This document shows, piece after piece, positions 8,989 through 14,510 of a DNA stretch of 14,510 nt. Numbering within the stretch: position 1 is the stretch's first letter; the number at the start of each line of letters is the position of its first letter. The notes under the pieces were generated by a model. The model was not told the DNA's origin. It worked only from the letters and a program-made list of their open reading frames with translations, and made no database searches. The stretch comes from Promethearchaeota archaeon (GTDB lineage: Archaea; Asgardarchaeota; Lokiarchaeia; Sigyniarchaeales; SOKP01): positions 1 to 14,510 of the forward strand of contig JBHLNS010000068.1 of assembly GCA_048941285.1 (NCBI GenBank), written 5' to 3'. The position numbers and the translations under genes are program-made.

Positions 8989-9996
8989 ATGGAGGAAATA
9001 CAATTCAAAAAACTATATAAAATTGATAAAGAGCGATTACGTTCCAATTTTCAACGGATTCAAAATCTGAATAAAGATTTGAACTTAGAGGAAATTATAG
9101 CTAAATTTCTAGATAATCAATCAGTGGGAACCCAAAAAGAACAAATTTTAGAAATCTTAAATTATTTTCAAGATAAACTCTCAAATGATAAGGGATTATT
9201 AGATTTTGCATTTGAATGGATAAGAGCTAATAAAATCCGGCTTGAATATAAGAAATATATTACTTTAAATGATTATAAATCATATAAGACTGCATTAGAT
9301 GATGCTATTTCCCTGTTCTTTTTAAAATATGATAAATTTTTAAGAGTCTTATTTAAGTCAAACTTGGAGGAATATGAATTTAGTACCTTATATCAAATAA
9401 TTTTCAATTTAAAACAATCAGAATCAATTAATTTAACATCGCTGTTAGAAAAAAATAAAGATAAAGTTCCCTCTATTATAATTCATGGAGAGAGATTTAA
9501 TACTACAATTCATACTCTTCGAGAAGGATTATCAGAAATGGTAAAAAATGACTATAATGAAGGATTACCATCAGATATAAAAATTATTAATTACGAGAAG
9601 AAAGCACCAATTGAGAATGTTAATGATCGAGATTTTGATGGAACTATGGTTGAAAGATTAATAAAGTTTTATTGTTTCCAAAGGAAGAATATTGATAAAA
9701 AAGAATTTACCTTGGCTGTTAGTCAATTTTTATCATCTTACTTTCAATTTGGTATTTTTTATGATTTTAATGAATTTAAGGAAAAATTAGTGTCTAGCTT
9801 TATAGATTATATTTATTCGGGTCTAACTGAAAATTATTTAGATCAATCAATCGAAAGTTTAAATAACGAATTTACTTCAGCAATAGAGGAATTTGAAAAA
9901 AATCTCAAACAATACAGATTAAAAGGTAAAGCTTGGATTGAAGATCTAAAACCAATCTTACAACAATTTATTGAGGAATTCGTAAGTGGCTTATAG
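8989..9996 (+). CDS. Hypothetical, probably largely alpha-helical protein (~335 aa)
   Basis: Long open frame, charged/amphipathic composition. ATG 8989 (MEEIQFKKLY) lies 28 nt after the upstream stop and avoids the 47-nt overlap implied by start 8914. Likely co-transcribed with the preceding gene. Confidence 0.8.
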   Translation: MEEIQFKKLYKIDKERLRSNFQRIQNLNKDLNLEEIIAKFLDNQSVGTQKEQILEILNYFQDKLSNDKGLLDFAFEWIRANKIRLEYKKYITLNDYKSYKTALDDAISLFFLKYDKFLRVLFKSNLEEYEFSTLYQIIFNLKQSESINLTSLLEKNKDKVPSIIIHGERFNTTIHTLREGLSEMVKNDYNEGLPSDIKIINYEKKAPIENVNDRDFDGTMVERLIKFYCFQRKNIDKKEFTLAVSQFLSSYFQFGIFYDFNEFKEKLVSSFIDYIYSGLTENYLDQSIESLNNEFTSAIEEFEKNLKQYRLKGKAWIEDLKPILQQFIEEFVSGL

Positions 9997-10036
9997 GAAG
10001 TTGAATCTTTTAATAGACTTTAATAATATTAATTAA

Positions 10037-10075
10037 TTTTGAAAGAGGGCTCTCTTGAATTAATTTTTTTCAAAA
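10037..10075. terminator. Possible bidirectional terminator / palindromic site between convergent genes
   Basis: Near-palindrome AAGAGGGCTCTCTT (10043-10056), outer inverted pair TTTTGAAA / TTTCAAAA, and a T7 run, all in the convergent gap 9997-10206. The stems are short and weak. Confidence 0.3.
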
Positions 10076-10206
10076 CTTTATCTTTATATATAAAATTGCA
10101 GTTAAAGTTATTTCTATAATTTAAAACGTAAAGAATCAGTAAAAAATAATGGAAATTAAAAAAAATTATTTTTAATTTAAATAAGAAATTGAATTTTTAT
10201 CTATAA

Positions 10207-11412
10207 TTATTTGTAACTATTCCATTTATTTTCAAGATTAGGATCTTGAATTGTTTCCATTATGTATTTTGCATATTCTTCCCCTGTAGCGCCAGTATCT
10301 CTTCCTGTAACTTTTAGTTTCTTTTCGTAAATTGCGCATATATCCAATGCCATCTCTAGTTTTTTAGCTTTTTCTACAAATCCAATGTGATTCAAAAGCA
10401 TAGCTGAAGCTTTTATTATACTTGTTGGATCAGCGTATTTAATTCTACCAGTTTCAACCATTCTTGGAGCAGTACCGTGAATAGCTTCAAACATCGCATA
10501 ACGTTTCCCAATATTAGCACTTCCTGCAGTACCAACGGACCCTTGAATCTGAGCAGCTTCATCTGTAATAATATCTCCATAAAGATTAGGAGCAACAAAA
10601 ACTTTAAACTCTGATTGTCGTGCTGGGTCGATTAGTTTCGCTGCCATGATGTCAATGTACCAGTCATCGAATTTTATTTCTGGATATTCATTTTTAGCAA
10701 GCTCTTTTGCCATATTCAGGTACATTCCATCTGTAGTTTTCACCACATTAGCTTTGGTAACCAATGATACTCGATTCATTCCTGTCTTTTTAGCGTAATC
10801 GAATGCTAATCTTAAAATACGATCAGTACCTTGTTTTGTATGCACACAGAAATCAAAAGCTAAATCCTCAGTAACTCTAATCCCTTTTGAACCTAATACA
10901 TAAGCACCTTCAGTATTTTCTCTGAAAAAAATCCAATCAATCCCTTGTTCAGGAACTTTTACAGGTCGAACATTTGCAAATAAGTCTAATTCTCTTCGCA
11001 TTGAAACATTTGCACTTTCGAGATTCGGCCATTTTCCAGAAGCTAAATCTGCTGAACTTGGCGTGTGAGTGGGACCTTTTAAGATTACATGACACTTCTT
11101 TAATTGTTCCAAGCTTTCATCAGGGATTGCTTTCGATATTTTTGCTCTATTTTCAATAGTTAGTCCTTCTATATCTCTAAATTCAACCTGTCCGTTCTCA
11201 ACTTCTTCTTTTAAAAGAAATTTAAGAATTTCTTCTGCATGTTTTGTGATCTCTGGTCCAATACCGTCTCCACCAGCAACACCGATAATAATAGGCTTTA
11301 ATGTTGAATAATCTATCCAATCTGCTCCCTTCTTTAACTTCTCAATTCTATTTAATTGTTCTGATACTATTTTTTCAAAGTGTTCTTTGGCTTTTTTAAC
11401 AATATCTTCCAT
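10207..11412 (-). CDS. icd: Isocitrate dehydrogenase (isocitrate/isopropylmalate dehydrogenase family)
   Basis: Motifs GDGIGPE, KGPTHTP, ESANVSMRRELDLFANVRP (S-x-N is the isocitrate-type specificity motif), FRENTEGAY, TKANVVK, YID, NLYGDIITD and FEAIHGTAP. Operonic with ATP-citrate lyase. Homoisocitrate activity is not excluded. Confidence 0.8.
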   Translation of the reverse strand: MEDIVKKAKEHFEKIVSEQLNRIEKLKKGADWIDYSTLKPIIIGVAGGDGIGPEITKHAEEILKFLLKEEVENGQVEFRDIEGLTIENRAKISKAIPDESLEQLKKCHVILKGPTHTPSSADLASGKWPNLESANVSMRRELDLFANVRPVKVPEQGIDWIFFRENTEGAYVLGSKGIRVTEDLAFDFCVHTKQGTDRILRLAFDYAKKTGMNRVSLVTKANVVKTTDGMYLNMAKELAKNEYPEIKFDDWYIDIMAAKLIDPARQSEFKVFVAPNLYGDIITDEAAQIQGSVGTAGSANIGKRYAMFEAIHGTAPRMVETGRIKYADPTSIIKASAMLLNHIGFVEKAKKLEMALDICAIYEKKLKVTGRDTGATGEEYAKYIMETIQDPNLENKWNSYK

Positions 11413-11420
11413 TTTTTATT

Positions 11421-11425
11421 TCCTC
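11421..11425 (-). promoter_or_regulatory. Shine-Dalgarno-like GAGGA for icd
   Basis: TCCTC on the + strand, 8 nt upstream of the icd ATG at 11412. Confidence 0.6.
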
Positions 11426-11504
11426 AATTTGTTTTCTTTCATTATTTTAAATTTTTGAAAATCTTTTTTTTAATATCCTTCTTGTTATAAAAAAATTATT
11501 TTTT

Positions 11505-13340
11505 TTAACTTGAGAATAGAATTTCATCCCAAGGTTGTCTGTATAATCCTGCTCTTTGTCTTTTTTGATCAAATATATGACCCATCATCCCTATTGAACG
11601 ACCAAGAACAAATAACCCGTTCAATGCCTCACAATATATTACATCCTCTATCTCTTCTGGAGTAAAATCTAAGTTTTCTAATAAGTCTAGAAAAGTAATT
11701 CCTATACATCCGTCAACATTCAATATCAGATTATTTCTTTTTGCTGTCGTTAATTTCTCAACTTCTAAGGCAAAATCCAAGTGTGGATGTTTTTTGAAAT
11801 TTTTAAATACAAATTCCTTAAGTAATACAACTCTGATATCAGGATTTTGAACTGATTTAATTCGATGGCCTATTCCAGGAATATTAATTCTAACGACATC
11901 TTTCATATATTTAACAAATTCTTGCGGTTTCATTCCCTTTTGTAAAGCTTCCCTTACATATTTTGCTGCATCTGATATTGCGCCTCCAAATCTAGGACCA
12001 ATTGTTAATATCCCACTAGCTAGAGCTGACATCAGGTCTTTCCCTGCACGAGCTGTGATAATTGCATTATGCGCTCCAGAAACTGCAGGTCCATGATCGG
12101 CAGTTAATTTAATCACCATTTCAATAAACTGTTGGGCAAATTCTGGTAATTCTACCTTAAACCACAAAAGCCCTATAACATAACCAATTGATCGATTATC
12201 TCTAACAATCTCATCTAATCCAACTCCTGCGAAGGTGGGAACATCTCCCCTATCATCACTAATGGTTACGACAACGTCAGAGGGCCTTCTAACTATCCCT
12301 AATCTTACAGCTTCATTGAAATCAGTTGGAATTTTTGGAGGTTCTTCTTCTTTAGCTGGAATAATTTTTCCTTCCTGTACTAATTTTTCATATGTTTTTT
12401 TTATCAATTTATCAAAATCTTCATAAGATTCAGGAACAACAGCTCCAGCCTCCTTAAGAGCTCGATTTTTTGCTTCTGCGGTTTCTTTATCACTTCCCGC
12501 CATGGCACCAGCGTGACCGAATTGGAGTCCTTGGGGTAATATTTTTGCTGCAGTACCAGTCACCCAAATAACGAGGGGTTTTTTAATCTCTCCACTTTTT
12601 AAAGCGTCAACAATTTCGTACTCCTCTGTTCCGCCTATTTCTCCTAAACAAACAAGCATTTTAATCCTAGGATTTGCTTCATATCTAAGCAAATGGTCAA
12701 TTAATCTTGAACCAGGATACCGGTCTCCTCCTATTGCAATAGATTCATAAACTCCATCGGTAGTCTGTGCGATCATAAAATTCATTTCATTACTTAAACC
12801 GCCAGATTTAGAAACAAAACCGACTGAACCAGGGCGATATAACTTTGAAAGGATAATGTTTTCGAGAGTTCCAGCAGTATTCGCAATCTTAAAAGCTCCT
12901 GCTTTTATTCCTCCTACTGTTGCAGGGCCAATAATGATTTTATTTTTTTCTTCAGCGATTTTGATTAAATGTCTACTTTGTCTTTCTGGAACCCCTTCTG
13001 CGATTATAACAACAACTCTTATTGTATCTGCTTCAAGTGCTTCTTTACTAGTGTCATAAGCAGATCGAAAGGATGCAAAATTTATCATGACATCGGCATT
13101 TGGATGCTTCTTAACTGCCATTTCAAGTGTTTTATAAACAGGGATAACAATTTCTTTACTTCCCCAAAAAGCTTTATGGTAAGCAATTGCAGCTTCTTGA
13201 GTATTTTGAATCATTGCAGCAACAGAAGGTTTTTTTCTTCTACATACATAATCAAAATCAAGCATTCTTTGGACAGGTGCAGCTTGAAGTCCATATATTA
13301 TACCTTGTGTATCTTCATTAAATAGTTCATAATTTTCCAT
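11505..13340 (-). CDS. aclA: ATP-citrate lyase large subunit (CoA-binding + phospho-His + citryl-CoA lyase domains; AclA in Chlorobium nomenclature)
   Basis: Motifs QRMLDFDY, INFASFRSA, IIAEGVPE, IGPATVGGIK, VSKSGG, AIGGDRYPG, GEIGG, catalytic QFGHAGA, then citrate-synthase-like ADHGPAVSGAHN, IPGIGHR, LNVDG, GRSIG. 611 aa is the expected size. Confidence 0.96.
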   Translation of the reverse strand: MENYELFNEDTQGIIYGLQAAPVQRMLDFDYVCRRKKPSVAAMIQNTQEAAIAYHKAFWGSKEIVIPVYKTLEMAVKKHPNADVMINFASFRSAYDTSKEALEADTIRVVVIIAEGVPERQSRHLIKIAEEKNKIIIGPATVGGIKAGAFKIANTAGTLENIILSKLYRPGSVGFVSKSGGLSNEMNFMIAQTTDGVYESIAIGGDRYPGSRLIDHLLRYEANPRIKMLVCLGEIGGTEEYEIVDALKSGEIKKPLVIWVTGTAAKILPQGLQFGHAGAMAGSDKETAEAKNRALKEAGAVVPESYEDFDKLIKKTYEKLVQEGKIIPAKEEEPPKIPTDFNEAVRLGIVRRPSDVVVTISDDRGDVPTFAGVGLDEIVRDNRSIGYVIGLLWFKVELPEFAQQFIEMVIKLTADHGPAVSGAHNAIITARAGKDLMSALASGILTIGPRFGGAISDAAKYVREALQKGMKPQEFVKYMKDVVRINIPGIGHRIKSVQNPDIRVVLLKEFVFKNFKKHPHLDFALEVEKLTTAKRNNLILNVDGCIGITFLDLLENLDFTPEEIEDVIYCEALNGLFVLGRSIGMMGHIFDQKRQRAGLYRQPWDEILFSS

Positions 13341-14510
13341 TTATTTTTCACCTCTAATTTTTTCAATCATTCTAGCAACAGGACGAGTCATACTACTATA
13401 TCTATCATAAATATCAATAGGAATACCTGTTTCTTCTCCAACTTGTCTCATTAACTCTAATCCTTGCTTCTCATTAGGGCCACCTCGCCGGACTAATATT
13501 TTAATGTTTGCTTTTTTTAATTTATCTACTGATTTTTTAATTGCATTTACGATACCTCCAAAAGTTGCTTTTACATCAGTAAAATTCGCAATTCCACCAC
13601 CTATTATCAAATATTTTTCTTTTCCTTCAGAATCTGGCTTTTCTGTAATTAGATCGATCAGAGTTTGAGCATAAATCTGTGTATGCTCTTGACTTGGATT
13701 ACCACTATATTCACCATAATTACCTAATTCTTCTGAAAATCCGAGGTCTGCTATTGTATCTGTGTATATAACAGAAGCTCCACCTCCAGCAACCATTGTC
13801 CAAACATGTCCGTTTCGGTTCAGAATTGTCAGCTTTAATGAAGCACCTGTTTTTTCATCAAGTTCCTTTATTCTAGTTTCCTCTAAACTCATTTTCTGAC
13901 CAAATCCAGCTGGAAATTCTATAGGATTAGAAGCATTTCCCCATGTGTCAGTGTGAAGAAATGCAGCAGTGTCATCTAATCGAGCTTTTACATCTAAAGG
14001 AACAATTTTCTTATCTTTTGTAATCGCAAAAGGATTAATTTCTAAAAATGTAAAATCTTGATCAACAAAAACCTGGTAAAATGCTTTTATGAAAGGAATT
14101 AAAACTTCTTTTAGTTCTCCTAAATCAGGTAATTTGTTTTCTAAATTAAAATCTTTTATATCTGCACCGATTGGAATTTGAATATGAGTCACCTTATCCC
14201 AATTCTCTTCGATAAATATGCCTCCTTCAAAACTAAAATGAATTATATCAGAATCTCTTTCAGATGTTATAGAAACATAATATTCTTTCTCGTGTGGAAT
14301 AAAAGGTTCGACTAATAATCGTGTTAATTGTCCCTTTACATTTCCAATCGTAAATTCTTTATTTAAATTCTCCTTACAGAATTTCTTTACTTCATTAAAA
14401 ACTGCATCTAGTAATATTAGTTTTGCTTTACCTCTCTTTCCAAAGAGTTGATCAGGTTTAACTACAACTTTTTCAGATTTAATCCAGAGATTTTCTTCTA
14501 TCAATTTATC
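13341..14510 (-). CDS. aclB: ATP-citrate lyase ATP-grasp/citrate-binding subunit (AclB in Chlorobium nomenclature), 5' end outside the window
   Basis: Motifs VVKPDQLFGKRGK, EPFIPH..EYY, FLEINP, ARLDDTA, SLKLTIL, WTMVAGGGAS, NYGEYSGNP, GGGIANFTDV..TF, VRRGGPN. The frame stays open to the window edge (GAT AAA TTG...), so 14504 is not the true start. Confidence 0.96.
   Translation of the reverse strand, partial: DKLIEENLWIKSEKVVVKPDQLFGKRGKAKLILLDAVFNEVKKFCKENLNKEFTIGNVKGQLTRLLVEPFIPHEKEYYVSITSERDSDIIHFSFEGGIFIEENWDKVTHIQIPIGADIKDFNLENKLPDLGELKEVLIPFIKAFYQVFVDQDFTFLEINPFAITKDKKIVPLDVKARLDDTAAFLHTDTWGNASNPIEFPAGFGQKMSLEETRIKELDEKTGASLKLTILNRNGHVWTMVAGGGASVIYTDTIADLGFSEELGNYGEYSGNPSQEHTQIYAQTLIDLITEKPDSEGKEKYLIIGGGIANFTDVKATFGGIVNAIKKSVDKLKKANIKILVRRGGPNEKQGLELMRQVGEETGIPIDIYDRYSSMTRPVARMIEKIRGEK
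13348..13354 (-). promoter_or_regulatory. Shine-Dalgarno GAGGTGA for aclA, embedded in the last codons of aclB
   Basis: TCACCTC on the + strand. The minus strand reads ...GAGGTGA AAAA TAA ATG. Confidence 0.8.

Noticed and set aside
10416-13325. Short ORFs 10416-10598, 10974-11159, 12235-12426, 12856-13059 and 12969-13325
   Set aside because: Alternate-frame or antisense shadows within icd and aclA, with no independent evidence.
14502-14510. TTG at 14504 as the aclB start
   Set aside because: The frame is open to the window edge and the family's N-terminal segment is missing, so the gene is cut by the window.

Overview
AT-rich prokaryotic window. Gene content suggests an Asgard archaeon (Lokiarchaeia/Promethearchaeota): an archaeal-type VapC remnant, an archaeosortase next to a Loki-CTERM-like protein, TATA-like promoters and a GAGGTGA Shine-Dalgarno site; the taxonomy is an inference. 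The left ~5 kb is an accessory, decaying patch. It holds the end of an ATC-hydrolase-like gene, an iron-containing alcohol dehydrogenase bracketed by two ~92-bp direct repeats, a 5'-truncated frameshifted PIN/VapC pseudogene, and a GH1 beta-glucosidase bracketed by an intact and a pseudogenised copy of the same ABM-family gene. The middle has an exosortase/archaeosortase-family gene directly followed by a probable substrate (DOMON/CBM9-like surface protein with a C-terminal sorting signal), then two uncharacterised ~340-aa genes. The right end is a minus-strand operon: aclB (partial), aclA, icd (two-subunit ATP-citrate lyase plus isocitrate dehydrogenase), with aclB and aclA in one reading frame separated by a single TAA. 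I saw no RNA genes, CRISPR arrays or intact transposases/integrases. All alignments and counts were done by eye.
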